This document shows, piece by piece, positions 1-15,533 of a DNA stretch of 64,000 nt; position 1 is the first letter of the stretch; every line of letters starts with the position of its first letter. The notes beneath the pieces are model-generated. The model worked only from the letters and a program-made list of their open reading frames with translations. It made no database searches and had not been told where the DNA came from. Position numbers and translations under genes: made by a program. This stretch comes from Moniliella sp. 'wahieum' (taxonomy: Eukaryota): the NCBI GenBank assembly GCA_003971905.1, contig RSEE01000027.1, positions 620,001 to 684,000 on the forward strand, in the 5' to 3' direction.

Positions 1-3000
1 GGGCGGGGGCAGAATGGGAGGGAGGACCGAGGGCAGGAAGAGCGGTGGTGGCCAGCAGGCCGCGGGCGTAGCGCCACTGTGGAGGCCGCAGCACTCCAGC
101 CGGGGATGGCAGGCTTAACCCCGCTGCGGGCGCAGAGGGTCGACGGACGATGGGCAGGCACACTGCCCCGCGCCGTCCCAACCCCCACACGGCAGCCGAG
201 GCCGTCGCTGCAGACGCTGCGGCCCTTGCAGGCCCTGGCCAGGCACCGCAGACATGCGGCCTGCGGCCTGCTGCCTGCTGCCTGCGCCTCAGCAGCCGGC
301 GCATGTGCCCCGCCTGTGCGCGCAAGTGCCCCGCATGCACGCCACCACACCGCGCCGTGCCCGCACGCGTCCCTGCGGGAGTGTTCGCGACGCAGCATCT
401 CTCGCATCTGCATCTGCATCTGCATCTGCATCGCACATCCTACATCGCCACCTGGTGGGGCCGGCGGGAGTGCAGCCGAGGCAGCACAGCAGCACAGCAG
501 CACAGCCGCCCCGCGCAGCACAGAGCCAGTATGGATGCGCCGGTCCGGTGCGCGGGGTAATATGCTGTGGCCAACCCAGTGGAGGAAGCGTGGGAGGCGG
601 GGACAGCGCTGCAGTGCGTGCTTATCCTGCGGCTGGCTGACGTCATGGCCGTATGGCCCAGGACGAAACGCCGGCGCTGGACCGGCGAGAGAGTGTGTTC
701 CCCGTTCCCCAGGTCTTACTGCGCTAAACGTAAACGTTAATCCCATTAACATCGCCACCCGCCACCGCCGATTCTTAGCAGCGCTACCACCCGTTTACCC
801 CCGCCGGCGTTTAGCCATCGACGTCCCCTGCGGACGATGTGCCCGCTCCACGCATCCCAGCACACATCCACGCTCTCTGGCTCTCTGCCGTTTTGCCCGC
901 GTCCGGGGCACAGGGCCTTGCTGCCACAGCCAAGCCAAATCAAAATGTGGGAGAAGCTCGCGTCCTGTTGGGTAATAGTCTCCTGTGTCTCCAGCAAGCC
1001 GGCATCGATCATCACCAGCCCACGGCCGCACAAACTGATGCTGCATGGTGGCAAAACTCAGTACTCCTCCCTCCCCACACCACCCGCACAAAAGCGTCGT
1101 CTCACTCTACCAGCCAACGCGCCTGGGTTATGTGGAAACAGAACGAGGGCCCTTGCCTTCTACCCCAGCTCCCACGTTGCCGCTGTGGGGTATAGTGGTC
1201 CCACGTGCTCCTGCCCCCCTCGAACGGATATGTTTCCTCGCGCCCAGCATCTCCGGGTTCGAACACAGAGGTGCTTAGTGCTCCAAAACACAGTGCGTAT
1301 ACGGTGGAGATGACACTTACTGCCTTTTTTTGCCAAGCCGGCTACCCAACTGTCCTTGCGTTTCCCCGCAGCGGTGCTCGTCCCAGCACTTTTTCGTACA
1401 GGACGTGCGCGGTCAAGGTAGTTTAGATGAACCGATTTGGGCGCCAACCGACGTAGTCGTCCGCTCCAAGTGCGTTGCGCAAGGGGCGGGCCAAAAGCTA
1501 TGGAACAAAGTGGTTCCTTTTGACACCAAGTGCGGGCCGTGGGGGAAAAGGATGAGATGTCCATCTGCACTGTAACCAGCCATGAGATTTCCATCTGCAC
1601 TGTCACTAGCCAACCGGAATGGTCCTGGAGCTGTTCCATTTGTGCCACTGGATGACGCGCGAATGGTCGTCTGGTCACAAACGGGTACCATTGTTTCTTC
1701 ACTCCCCCAGGAAGTTGCGCTGAAAACGCGCTACGACGCTGCCTTCACTTACTGTCGTCATACTGTTCCAAGAGGGGATCCGATCGGGTCTCAGGCCTCA
1801 GGAGCTCCCAGAGCTGAGTAGGGACAGAGCGAACGAGCACTCTGCCTACAGAAAGAACGATTCGAGATGCCGGAGGATCACTGCCGAAAGCGCATCAGGG
1901 GTTAGTATAGCAGCGGCGAAAAGTGTGGAAGCCAACGGCATTTTATACCTGGGCTTTTGAGTCCGCGAAGAGAGAATAAGAAAAGTACAACGGCAGGCGA
2001 GTTGGCCAGCAAGAAAAATACGAGCCGTGCGGTGACACGCCGCCGCAATATGGCAACCGCAATGCGCGATGCCTGGCACATTGATGGTGCGCTGAGAATG
2101 TATGCTGCCGAAGCTAGCGGCAGTCGGGCGAGGGGGATGGTGGACGGGAGGGGCAAGAGGGTAAGCTACGTTTTCTTGCCTTTCTATACCGGACGACTGG
2201 CTCGGTTTTGCCAGAATATGAAAGTGCCCGGCTGTGGGCCCACTACCCCTTTATTGCGCCGAGATAGATTGAGGACAAACGACCGCTGCTTTGCTCAGTG
2301 TTCACTGTAACTGACTATCTGCCAACACCTACTCCTGCTCCATGATGCATTGTCCAAGAACATCAGTTACGAAGGATGGTAATTCCCTCCGTAGTTTACC
2401 GACATGTAATAAACCCTCTGATGAGACCGTGAGCCCGGATGGTCCTCGAGGGTGAAGATGCAATCGCACTGGTGGTGGTGGTGGTCTAAGCCAACCAGCA
2501 ATACGCGTACAGAGGATCATCAAACAGCGAAGAGTCGCCACCAGGGGCTAAGCTGCGGGACAAGGACAAACAGGAGAGAGAAACAACAGAACTCCCAGGC
2601 CTGAGGAGAACTGAAGGGACATTGGCCAAAGCACGAGCCACCCGATGGCTCAACACCCTCTTAGTATGCACATCCCGCCTGCTTCGCGGCTAGGCTATAC
2701 TGGTTGTTGCACACGCCCGTCGAGGCGTTGAGGATGGTCCAGACGTTCAGCCTGAGCCTGTGATGCGCTGGGGAGTGTAACATAACCTCTGGTACGCGGT
2801 AGCCGGCCGGTAGCCGGTATAATCGGAATCAATCATTAATCATCGATCATTCCATCATCCCGATCATGTCAGCAAGTGGGCCACCACGCCACTGTGCCTG
2901 AGCTGATGTATGCTGCGCCGGCAATGCGGCGCCTGGGGGCTAGGCTGAGCTGGTGCCTGCTGGTGCTGATCGCTGATGGGTGATCAAGCCCATGATCGAA

Positions 3001-3243
3001 GAAGGCTCATTCATCGATCATCCGCAGCGCCTGCGGCGGCGGAACCTCAAGTGCGCTCCGAGGAGGCCAGCCACGAAACGCAACCAAGGCACTGTGGCCG
3101 AGCAAGGCCCCACGACACCCGGTGGAGAAAAGTTGGAGCTCGCCCTTTCACATCTCCCGCTTGGTCGGGACCTTTTTCTCTGCCTACCTCGCCTCGCGCG
3201 GCCCGCCTCGTTCTGCTCTGCCCCCCCCCCCCCCCCCCCCTCC

Positions 3244-4477
<1,234 letters not shown>

Positions 4478-5185
4478 CTACCTACCTACTCTTGTCACCT
4501 ACCACCTGCCACCCGTCTCCCTCGCTCCTCCCCCCCTCATTCCTTTTCTTGCACACCATACCCCCTCTCTTACGACCGCACTTTTCTTTAACGCTTTTGC
4601 TCTATATCCCCTTTGTGGTGCCCCCTTTTGCCTGCTTGGGCTTGGGGCCGCGTGCTATTCCTATTCCCTTGATGTTTAATTTGGGTTTTGTTTCATTGGC
4701 ACATTCTGGTCAAGGTTCGTGGTTGGGGCAAGGGAGGTGAGCCCGGGGAGCGATGAACGCGATCCACGCACGTAGATACCACGCTTCGCTTCATTGTACG
4801 CACAGCCCGTACTTGGACTTGTGCATCGCAGTATGGCACAGAGAACTGGTGAGCCTCACCGCTGAGCAGACTCGACCTTGCACAACATTGGCTGGAGCTA
4901 GGTTATGCACGTTTTGAGGCCACAAAGTGTTGGCCTAAATTGGGCATTTGGGCTCCCCTGGCTTACATCAGCACTCCTTGTGCCGTGTTCTGCCCTGCCT
5001 GCCATGTCCCATGTCACGTGCCACATGTCACATGTGTCAGCCTGCCGTCCATGTCCCGCGCAGCAACTTGTAACACTGGGCCATCCACACGCACATCCAT
5101 CGCACGCATCGCCAGCAGCGGCACCGACCCACAGCCATTGTCTCCCTATCCACACCCCACACCCCCCGCACCACCATCCCCCGCC

Positions 5186-5695
5186 ATGTCGCTCCCGTAC
5201 GCTGCCGATGCAGCTGATCGTTGACGCCGGCCCAGCTTGCCGTGCTGCGCAACCAGTACCAGGCCGAAGACGCCCAGGGCCACGTATCGGTTCAGACGCA
5301 ATTCAACTACGCCTGGGGACTCGTCCGCTCCGACCAGCGGGAAAGATGGTGAGGTGTCAACCTCCTCGCCAACATCTACCGCGACGCCCCGGCTCGGCGT
5401 AGGGAATGCGTCTACTACCTTGCCCTGGGCCACTACAAGCTCGGCAACTTTGATGAGGCCCGCCGATTCAATGCGCTGCTGCTCTCGCGCGAGCCGAATA
5501 ACCTCCAAGCCCAAGCTTGGGCGCTCTGATCGAACGTGGTGTAGCTAAAGGTATGTGTTTGTCTTGCAAGACGTACGACGTGCGACGTGCAACGACATGC
5601 TGACGTTCCGATCAGAGGGGTACATTGGCATGGCCATCACGCCGGTGTAGCGCGATTGGCGGTATTCTGCTGGCCATCTGTTGCGGCGGCGTTAA
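5186..5695 (+). CDS. FIS1: Mitochondrial fission protein Fis1
   Basis: [64 protein letters not shown]; intron ~5551-5615 (GTATGT..CTGAC..CAG); C-terminal TM segment EGYIGMAI with a basic tail. Confidence 0.93.
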
Positions 5696-6463
5696 CCTCG
5701 CGGCCTCGGCTCCACTCTGCTCTCGTCTCGTCCGTTCTTGTGTCCAACCCCCCGCGTCGCTCTTTTGGCTTGCCGTTATACAATTCTGCTGGATTCTGTG
5801 CCTTGCACCTTTCCCCCCGGCCGACCGATGCCATACCAATCTATTTCCCACCCTTCTCCCACCACTATGCCGGCTGCTCTGCCCGTGATGTACAGAGACT
5901 GGTTCAGGATGCTCTCCGGTGGGTAGGGCGCATGCAAGGTAGCTCATGGGTTGCTGCCAAGGGGTCGACCCCCCTCTGTGTTGCCAGCGTTTCGACGGCG
6001 GGCACTGGGACATGGGACGGCTGGCTACGCAGCCTGGTTAAGATTGCTGCGCTGCGCCTCGGGAGCACTGGAGCTAGACTGGACGCTTTGAAATGTAACC
6101 GTTGGAAACGCACACCCACAGCCACATTGTTTCAACAACCCAGCCCAGAAGGAGAAACGCCGCTGGGCGCAGGCAGTGTCAGCCGCGGCCTTCCGCTCCC
6201 GCACGCTGCCGCTGGTTTGAAATTTGATGCGCTTGGCCGCCGCCCAGGCCCTCGTTCGCATTTCGCATCGCACACTCTGTACCTGCGTACGCACAGCCGA
6301 TCCGCCGCCGCAACTCAAATCCTCATCCTCATCCTCCTCGTCTTCCTTCAGGCCACCCTTGCTTTTCCCCCGCTCTTCCTCCGCTCTTCCTCCGCTCCCC
6401 CTCCGCTCCTCCTCCGCTCCTCCCTCCTCTCCCGCACCCCCCTTCCCCTCCGCATCCTTTCCT

Positions 6464-9117
6464 ATGCCCCCTCGTCGCCGTGCCAACTTTGGTGCTACCC
6501 TGACCAGCGAACAGGACACCGACCGGCCCGCTTCGGCCGCTGCCGCCGACGCTTCTGAGCCTGCCGCCGCGTCGGCTTCGGAACCCGCCACCCCTACCAA
6601 GGGCAAAGGACAGGGCCAGGCTCCGGGCAAGAGTCAGGGCAAGCCGGGCAAGGGCCAGGGCCAGAGCAAGGGCGCAGCCCAGGACAAGGACAAAGACAAG
6701 GCCAAGGGCAAAGCCAAGGCCAAGACCAGTCCCGCCGCCGACGGTGCTCGTTCCGCTCAGTCAGGTGCCTCCTCGCTTGAGCCAGCCAAAGGCAAAGGCA
6801 AGGGCAAAGACAACGACCACAACAAACCCACCCTCAAAAAGAGGCCGCCCAGTCTGGCTCGGGCAAGGCCTCCTCGCCGATTGCTGTCACTGTTACCGGC
6901 TACTCCCCCTCTCCAGAAGAAGCGGAAAAAGAGCAGAGGAGGAGGAGGGTGTGGAGGTGGAGGCATGCTTCATCTGTGCAGAGCCGATGCGGGTACAAGC
7001 TGTGTACCCATGCAGCCACACGACGTGTGGGAGGTGTGCGCTGCGGTTGCGTGCGCTCTACAAGCAAAGTGTCTGCGTGTACTGCAAGTCCGAGGCGGCC
7101 GAGGTCGTATTTACCTTGCAGCCCGGGCGGGAGTTTGCTTCGTTCACCCGGACGAGATGGAGTGGCACGACAACCGCTGGGCTGCGGTTTGCCACCCAGG
7201 AAGAGAAGGATGATGCTCTGCAGCTGCTGTTGTTCCATTGCTCTCATCTCGGGTGCGAGCATACCCTCCCCCCCGCTTCTGCCTTGGTCGCTGGCATCCA
7301 CCCCTCCGTGGCCATTGGCACAGGAACAGAGGGTGCTCTTCAAGGCTGGGCTGGGCTTAAGGAGCACGTGAGCAAGTCCCATCGCCGTAGCCTTTGCGAG
7401 CTGTGTATTCAGTTCAAGAAGATCTTCACCTACGAGCACCCACTCTACACGCATCGCCAGCTCGCCGCCCACCAGACGAGCGAGCATCGCAAGTGTGAAT
7501 TTTGCAACCAGTTCTTCTATGGCCCCGACGAACTGTACAAGCATCTACGGGATCGGCACTTTCAGTGCCAAATGTGCGCCGTGTTTGCTACCCCCGACCC
7601 TGTCCCATCCGAAGTGCAGGGGGACGACCATGAGGCCCGCCACAACCGACGGGCCGCGGAGGCAGCCAACGCACATGCGCGCCTGGCAGCGGCCGAGGCA
7701 CAGACGTGGTACCGCGACTACCGCGAGCTAGAACGACACTTTGAGAAGACGCATTACCTTTGTCCCGACCCCAGCTGCCGAGAACAGAAGTACGTTGTGT
7801 TTGAGGTACGTGCTTTCCCTCGACTGCGTTGCGTTGGCCGTTTGGCCGTTTTCGGGGTCCAAACTAACGTGCAGGTTAGAACGAGATGGACTTCAATGCG
7901 CATCGGTTGCGGGAGCATGCTTCCAGTATGACCCACGAGAGAAGCGGGATGCGCTTCGGGTTGATGCGGCGTTCGGAGAGTGTGTGTACGGGACCAAGGC
8001 GGGCCGTCGACGGGCGCGGGAAGGGGCCCTGTGCCAGGCGCAGCTTCTCGGCCCAGCCGACGTGCCGGGTTTGGCGGGCGCCTGACCGAACCTAGTCCCG
8101 GCACGAGCGGTGGGCCACGGCAAGATGTCGAGTCGCCCGCTGACCAGGTGTTTATTGGGCTGGCTACCGCCGTATTGGGTACTGCCTTTACGTCGTCCAA
8201 GCTGGCCTCGATGCGCATTGGCTTGGCCACCTATCGTGCCGGTGAGGCAGGTGCAGATGACTTGGCTGCGACCGTATGGAGCGTCGTCGACTCGGCCGAC
8301 GGCGAGCCCGACACCAAGATCCAAAATGGTGCGAGCCTGATTCGAGGTTTGGGCGACCTGCTCCTCTCCACCCCGAACCAGGGGATGATCCTGGCACGGT
8401 GGACGAAAAGGCGACGGCTCTGATGCGCGCCTGGTCCGCTCTCGCTGCCACACGCAACTCGTTCCCTGCTCTGGGAGGGTCCCAAACGCCCAGGCCGACC
8501 GGGAGCCGGTACGCGTCCGCCGCCGGCTCGGCAGCAGCCATTCGCGCCGCCGTGGGCGCTACCAGTCGCTCTGCCGCTGCCATGGACTTTTTCCCGCTTT
8601 GACCACCCCCAGCTCGCGACCAGGCGCAGAAGAGTTGGGGATCCAACATGTCTCGTCCGCCTGTCGTCACGTCTTCGGCCGCAACGAGTCGGAGCGTTCG
8701 CTATGCCAACGTGCCGGGCTCGGCGGCCCATGTCGCACGACACAAGCCCGCCGGGCTCTACGCTTGGGCCCCGGTACCTCCTCCGACCGCAAGTCCTCGT
8801 CCGCAGGCTCAGGCCGTTCGGACCGTCGCTGCCTCCCCTTCGCCTGGGGGAAAGCAAAGGCGCCTTCTGCTGCTGCGTTCCCAGGGCTGCCGCAGAAAAC
8901 GTCGACGGCCCAAGGGGAAAAGTGGCAGGGCAAACTGCAATCTACCAGGGCCAAGGTTGGTCCGCTGGGCCGTCAGTCTGGGCACCTTCAAGTAATCGCC
9001 CACCGGCTCTTCCTCCGCTTCCTCCTCTTCCACTCATTGGTCTGCCCACCGCAGGGCAAGAAAGGTAAGAACAAAAAAGGCCAGACAGTCGTGACGTTGG
9101 GCAACGTGCGGCGCTGA
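6464..9117 (+). CDS. HEL2: Hel2/ZNF598 RING E3 ubiquitin ligase (ribosome quality control)
   Basis: RING CFICAE..CSHTTCGRCALRLRALYKQSVCVYCK; C2H2 fingers (CELCIQFKKIFTYE, CEFCNQFFYGPDELYKHLRDRH, HYLCPDPSCREQKYVVF); intron ~7806-7875; C-terminal GKKGKNKKG. Confidence 0.92.
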
Positions 9118-9269
9118 GCACGAGCAAGCAAGTCCTGCGGCCTTTCCTTTTGTCTCTCCTCTGGAATCCATTCGTTGCCTACCGGACTATGGTGTGGGAC
9201 TCGCCTCATCCATCACGGAACAGTGTAGGATTAGGATTAGTATACAAAGTGGGCCCCAAGTGCCTGGGC

Positions 9270-9954
9270 CTACTCCCGGCCATAGACGATGCCTCCGCTG
9301 GTGCGACACCGGGCGGCAAGTCTTCCTCGGTCGGCATCAACTTGCTCGGACCATCTCCCTCCAAGCCATGCTTGCGCGGAGAGAAGCGCGCGTCGCCGGC
9401 CCCGGCGTGCCGATCGCCCGCGTGGTGGTGGTGGGCGTTCGCGCGCCCTCCTTGCTGGGTGTAGTGGCAAGCGGCGTGCTAATTTTCTCCTTGGTCGCCG
9501 TCGTTGTTGAAGTCGCCGTTGCTGTCGGTGGAGCTCGCCGCGCTTCTCCTTGACTTGGGCCGCGAGTCGGGGATGCCGGCCGAACGCATGATCACGTCCG
9601 CTGGCTCCACAGCCCGGCAATCGGCGCAAACTCTTGCCCGACAGCGATGGACTCCTCGAGTTTGCGGTTGAGCTGGTTGCTGCCCTCGAGCAGCACCTCG
9701 AACGACTGGGGGGGGGGCAAACACACGGGTCAGCGCGGGGCAGCGCGGGGCAGCGCACAGCAGGCAGGAGAGACACGTACTTCGTTGATCTGGTGCACCA
9801 GGCGGGCACGCTCGCGTTGGAACACGTCGTACCCGGCGCGCGTGCCGGCAAGCGAGCGTTCAGGCCGCTCGGACGTGGAGAGAGACGAGGACTATGGGAC
9901 AGTCAGCTGCGTTTCTTTGTCTTGTGCGCCAGCAGCCAGGAGGGGACGCACCAT
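9270..9954 (-). CDS. DAD1: DASH/Dam1 kinetochore complex subunit Dad1
   Basis: FQRERARLVHQINE, then an intron, then SxEVLLEGSNQLNRKLEESIAVGQEFAPIAGLWSQ, matching the Dad1 core. Ends approximate. Confidence 0.8.
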
Positions 9955-10746
9955 GGCCACACCAGCAGTTGGTGTAACAGCGGGTGCCAGAGTGGTTGGT
10001 GTAACAGGGGCTGCCAGCAGTGTTGGTTTGCGTGCGGCGGTGTTGATTTCCTCTCGGCTGCTGGCCGGCCACACGCGTAGCCCAACCCTACAGTCCCCTG
10101 ATACGTAAGCCTGCACAACACTGCATCATGCATTGCATCACGTGCGCGCGAGACCAGGAAAGATTCACCTTGTATCGGTAGCATACCCGCGTTGGAGAAC
10201 ACGCCTCTTTGGCTCAGTGGACAGCATCGCACTGTAATGCGAAGATCAGTCGTTCGATTCGGCTAAGAGGCAATATTTTTTCTTCCCTGCCCATGTCAGG
10301 CTGATCTGGACGGCCTCCCGGGGCTTCACATCAATAGAATTCTGCCCTCTCAAGTTATCGCTCACCCTCCCCCCGACCGCTCTACCCCTCGCTACACCGC
10401 GCAGCCAAGCTGGGGTGCCTAACTGCAGATGGGAAGGCAAGGCTCAGGCTGCGCAGCGGGCGGGCAATGGTGGGGTATGCTGGATGCAGGATGCGTCCGC
10501 GTCGACCTCGTCGGTGTCAGGAGCGTACATCCATCCATCCATCCCGCCAAGCGCCCGATCAATCGTCCTGTCTTGTTGGCAAGAAGCACCCCCAGAACGA
10601 CAAAATAAGGGGTTCCAAAGTCCCCTACTCACTATGTCCTCTTGCCCATCATGGGCACTACCTCACCCATGTACTTCCGCGCGCGCACACTGCTTCCGTG
10701 CGCTCTCGATCTCAGAAAAGGCACGCGGATCTGCACCCGCATGCAT

Positions 10747-12874
10747 TCAAACGGGGATAAACGCATCGGACAACAGACTGGCCCAGTCGGCGCTCGGGGC
10801 GGGGAGGGAAAACAGGTCGGAGCGCACCTCCCGAGCTTGCTCGGCAGCACGGCTCGGGTCCAACGCCCGAGGCGGCAGCGCGATCCCGGACGCGGGTCCG
10901 GGCGGGTTCGACTCGGCGCGGTCCACCGTGTGGAACGCAGAGGCGTAAGAGGATGAAGAGGGCGCAGGCGAAACGGCGCGCGCAGCAGCTTCGTCCGTAC
11001 CATTCCCATGCGGCTCGTAGATCTTCTTGAGCCGCTCAATGGTCCGACGGAGCGCGTTGGTCCGTGGATCGGTGGCAGGGATCAACGCAGGCCAGGCTCC
11101 CGTCCCCCCAACAGGCGGCGCGTTCGGTGCGGCCGAAGCACGGACCCCAACAGCGGGTGCGTCTGGGGAAGGTCCACCGCCATTGGACTGGAGGATGACG
11201 AGCATATCCTTCAATCCAGCATCGGGCCTTCGTACCCCACTGCGCTGCCGACTCGTACTGCGCCGGGTCCGGGAGCGAGTGGGCAACATGCGCCGTCGCT
11301 CCCGTTTGGCGCCGTCGAGCGACCAACAAGGGTAGCAGTGCGTACACTTTCCGCAGGTCGCCTTCAATGCTGGCCAGCACTGGTTCGATCAGCGCACTCG
11401 ACGGCTCCACCTCGCCCAACAACTTGGCCAGCTCGTCGGCTCGCACAGGGCCTCGTCGCCGCCCTGCATCCTCACGTTCATCGCGCTCATGCATATCTGA
11501 TCCTGACGAGGAAGCGCGGAAGAGAATGAGCTCCGAGACCTAGGAGAAGAGGATCCATCACTCCCTCGTGATCGATCGGGAGACGATGAGCGGGGTTGAG
11601 AACTGGAGGATCGAGATCCGGAACGTGATGACAGAGAGCGTTGATTCGACTCTGATTTGCCGGAAGTCCTGTCCGTTTCATCATCGAGTGGGAGCGAGAG
11701 CGAGAGCTGGGCAGAGAATGAGAACGAGAGCGAGAACGAGAGTGGGATCGGGAGCGGGAGGGGAACGGTGACGGGCATGGGGATGGGAGTGGGAATGCTG
11801 CGTGGCGCTGGAGCGAGAAATACCGGTTTGAGCACTTTGCCTCCAAAGGCGGTCCACGATTCCAGTCAGTTGATCGGCCAGCACGCCTTCCCCGTCGTCG
11901 GAAGCCATAGGGTCGGGCCAGGCAGCCAAAGCGTGGCGATGGTACAGAGCTGCATACGCATCGTGTCGGGTACGATACTGGCGGACCAAGCGCAACACTT
12001 CTTCGTCGCGCTTGGCGCGGTGGGTCTCCAGCGCTTGAGGAAGTGGTGGAACGAGCGGGGGCGCACGGGGAAATTGGCGTAACAGGTCACCAGCTGCAAT
12101 CACGTTAGCGAGGTGCACACGTTCGTTGGTTCGCCCGGAACGGGGACCAGGCCCGAGCGCCCCTTCGGCATCCAGTTGGTCCGCAAGCGTATTGAAGTGA
12201 ATCACTTCTCGGTCTGCCACCCCCAGTTCGCGCCGATGAAATTGGTCTCGAAATACGTGCAAGGGCCGCCGGGATGGACGCGGCCGCCCGGCTTGCGCTT
12301 CACTTCCCTCCTCTTGCGTCTCCGCGCCGAGCGCAGAGTGATCGCCATCGGAATCCAGCAACGCATCCAGATGCGCATCGGGGGAAGCACGAGGAATGTC
12401 AACAAAGTGACGCGATGCAGCCAGACGTAAGCGCGCTGGAAGGTGGTAGTTTCCAGGATCCCAGGGAAGAGGGGTAAGACGGTTTCGGGAGGAGCGGGCG
12501 CGAGGCGTGTTGGAGTAGATAGTGTTATGCGGCGAAGGCGAGCGGACATCGTCGCGGGACCAGGGCAATCCAGGAGGCCGAGGCCGAGGGGGCGATGGCG
12601 GCGGAGGGGTCAACTCGTCGGTGTCGGATGCACTGGATAGGGGGGAGGAGGCGCGACGCCTGGCGCGCTTGTGTGGACGTCTGGCCTGGGCCGCGGGAGG
12701 GACAGACCGGGGTGGAGGTGCGTCCGAGCCCGAAGCAGTGTCCGACGCAACGTCCGATGCCGCGGCCGATGCCGAAGCCGACGCAGCATCCGAGACGGCG
12801 TCCGAGTCGAGGGGGGCTTCGAGGTAGGATATTCGCCTTTTGGCCGCCCTCGATGGGCGGACGGACGCGGGCAT
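10747..12874 (-). CDS. Hypothetical, probably nuclear protein (weak Rrn9-like resemblance)
   Basis: Long minus-strand ORFs in successive frames starting MPASVRPSRAAKRR; includes LYHRHALAAWP and LRRTIERLKKIY segments and an RS/E low-complexity tract. Confidence 0.55.
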
Positions 12875-14006
12875 GGCGTTCCGAGCAGGAGTGGGGGGGG
12901 GCGTGGCGCTGATCGACACAGCGCTTCTCTGAGCCCAAAAGAGACGCTTTGGGGTTTTTTGCCATGGGCAGTGGAGTCTTATGTAAGCGCCACCCGACAT
13001 TTCACTTTGTCCTGTGATGTCATCGCAGCGATTGTGGCCGGGGCAATCATTAATCAATGGCCTATCCTACATCGACGTATCATCAATCAACGTCCACACC
13101 CCATTGGCGGCCATCGCCTAGCGGCCCTTACAGATCCAGTTCATCCCCCCGTGCCCGCTGCGCTCCTCCCACACGCCCCAAACATCAACCCAGGTCCAAG
13201 CGGCCATGGGCCAAGGCATCCACCGCCAGTTTATAAAGTCTTTTGTCGCAGGCATTATTGACGTGCCAGCCTCCTTGGTTACCGAGGCAAACGGGTAGGT
13301 AGTATTATTAACGGCGTCTTGGGTGGTTTGGGCATGGGTGGCAGCGCGGGCCTGGTGTATGACTGGGTGGAGGAGGCACTGCAACAACGCCAGCCTGCTG
13401 CTCTGACTTCAACAGGAGAGGTCCTCCTGCCACCGCCAGAGCTGTGCCAGCCCCGGCTCCCAGCCAAGCCTAGGTTTGTTGATGCCTTCCTTCCTTCTTC
13501 ATAGGGGTGGAATATGGCCTTGCAAGTACACCCCTCTAGCCCGCCACAGTGTGAAACCAGCCTCTGTATAATACACGGCAAACTGCATCGGATTGCAGGG
13601 ACCGCCGTGCCTGAGACTCCCAGGTCCCCCACAGGCAAGGATGCCGAGGCAATGGAACGTCGGGGCAGCTGCACGCGTTGGCCGGGGGCAGGGGGCAGGG
13701 GAGAGAACGAAACCATCGACGCTGGACTAAGGTCGTGGTCGTTGGCATAGGCCGGGGGGTTTGCTTGGACTCGAAGGGGATGCAGAGACGAATTACTAGT
13801 TACTGAGCCCGCTGGGGGCACTTGCACTGGGAGTGCGCGCCTGAAACGTTCAACCCGCTGCTCGCCCGCCTCCATCGACGTGGCGGCGGCAGGCGACGCA
13901 GCCAGCTCGGCCTCTCGCTCGTCGCTCTTGCGGCCGCCGTCCGCCGCGCTGCGCCCACCGACCCCCCCGCCACCGCCGCCTCGGGGCACGCATCGCCTCG
14001 CCTCGC

Positions 14007-15533
14007 ATGCACGCCAACCGCCGCTACGTGGCCGCTGGCACGCGCGTCCGCGACCGCACCGCCGCCTTCCGTGCCGCCCTCGCCGCTGCCCGTGGCGCCT
14101 CCTTGACGCCCTCCGCCAGCAGTGGTGCCGCCGCCTCCGCCGGCCAGCCCGCCTCCACATCCGCCACGCCCCTCCGCGCCGCCCGCCACGCCCTCCTCGA
14201 CGACCCCCACCCTTCCCCCCACGCATCCCACCCTGCCTCGGCGCCCGGAAAGCGACGCGGCGAGTTTGCTGAACGCGCCCAGCTCATCTTTCTCGACGTG
14301 GCGCGCACGTCGGAGAAGCTGGGCAACCTGGCACAGCGTGGGTACCTGTCCCAGCCCCCCCCCCCCCTATCCGTCTTGCATTCCTAACCAACCCCCTCCT
14401 CTCTTTCTCCTTCTGCCCGCTGAGCAGTGGTCCAGCGCCGCAACCTATTTGACGATCGTGCCGTCGAAATCTCCCAGCTGACCCAGGTCATCAAGGCCGA
14501 CCTAGCGGCGATCAACAGCCAGATTTCTGGCCTGCAGCAGTTCGCAGCCAAGACGGGCAAGCCCAAGGGACCCAAAGCTACCGTCGCCGAACATCAAGGC
14601 AACGTGGTGAGCTTACTCCAGTCCAGCCTCGCTGGCGCCACCAGCAACTTTCAGGACATTCTCGAGACCCGCACTCAAAACATCAAAGCCTCCCGCGATC
14701 GGACGGGGCAGTATGCCTACGGCGGCGCTCGTCCAGCCCCCGGGTCGACAGAAACATCTGGTAAGCCCCCCCCACCCCCGCTTTGGTTCGTGTCTTCCTG
14801 ACTGACGTCCCATGTCCCATAGACTCACCCTTGTATCGCAGCCGGCGACCACCTGCTACCGCGGCCGCTGCGGCCCACCGGCAATTGCCCGGGTACGATT
14901 TGGGTCCATCGAGTGGGCCCGTGAGTCGTGCTTCGACGCCCAGCAAGCTAGCCAACGCCACGGCGTTGTCGGACGAGGGTGCGTCCCAGGCTCAGGGAGC
15001 GTCCGGGCCCGAGGGCGAGTACCTGGCGCTCGACATGGGCAACCATGGAACTTCGTTTACTCAAATGCAACTGGTGGAGCAACATGTATGTTGTGTTCTC
15101 TTGCCCTTCCTCCCCGGCGTCGTTTTCCCGTGGCTGGTACTGACTTGCGGCTGGCTGCGCTCAGGACGACTATGTCCAGCAAAGGTCTCGAGCGATCGAG
15201 AACATTGAAGGCACGATTTCCGAGTTGGGACAGATGTTTGGCCAGCTGGCTCACATGGTCGCGGCCCAGCGGGAAACGGTGCAGAGGATCGACGAGGACG
15301 TGTTTGATATATCGGACAATGTGACGGGCGCCCAAAACGAGCTGCTAAGGTACTATGCCAGCGTCAGCTCCAATCGTGCGCTTATGTTCAAGATCTTTGG
15401 CGTTCGTCTCCTCCACTTCATGAGACAAAGTGGTCTATGATACTAACCCCTCCTCCCCTCTTTGCCTTCGCCTTGGCGCGCCTTGCTCTTTCCAGATCCT
15501 CATCTCTTTCTTCTGTTTATTCTAGTGTCGTGA
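14007..15533 (+). CDS. SED5: cis-Golgi syntaxin Sed5/Stx5
   Basis: N-peptide RDRTAAFRA; NLFDDRAVEISQLTQVIKADL; SNARE motif IENIEGTISELGQMFGQLAHMVAAQRETVQRID; SNRALMFKIFG plus TM. About four introns. Confidence 0.95.

Noticed and set aside
79..2800. Long ORFs (e.g. 79-975, 1160-1702) and a 30-bp duplication at ~1560-1612
   Set aside because: No recognisable domain; GC-rich chance ORFs with microsatellite-derived (ICICIC) content and a simple local duplication.
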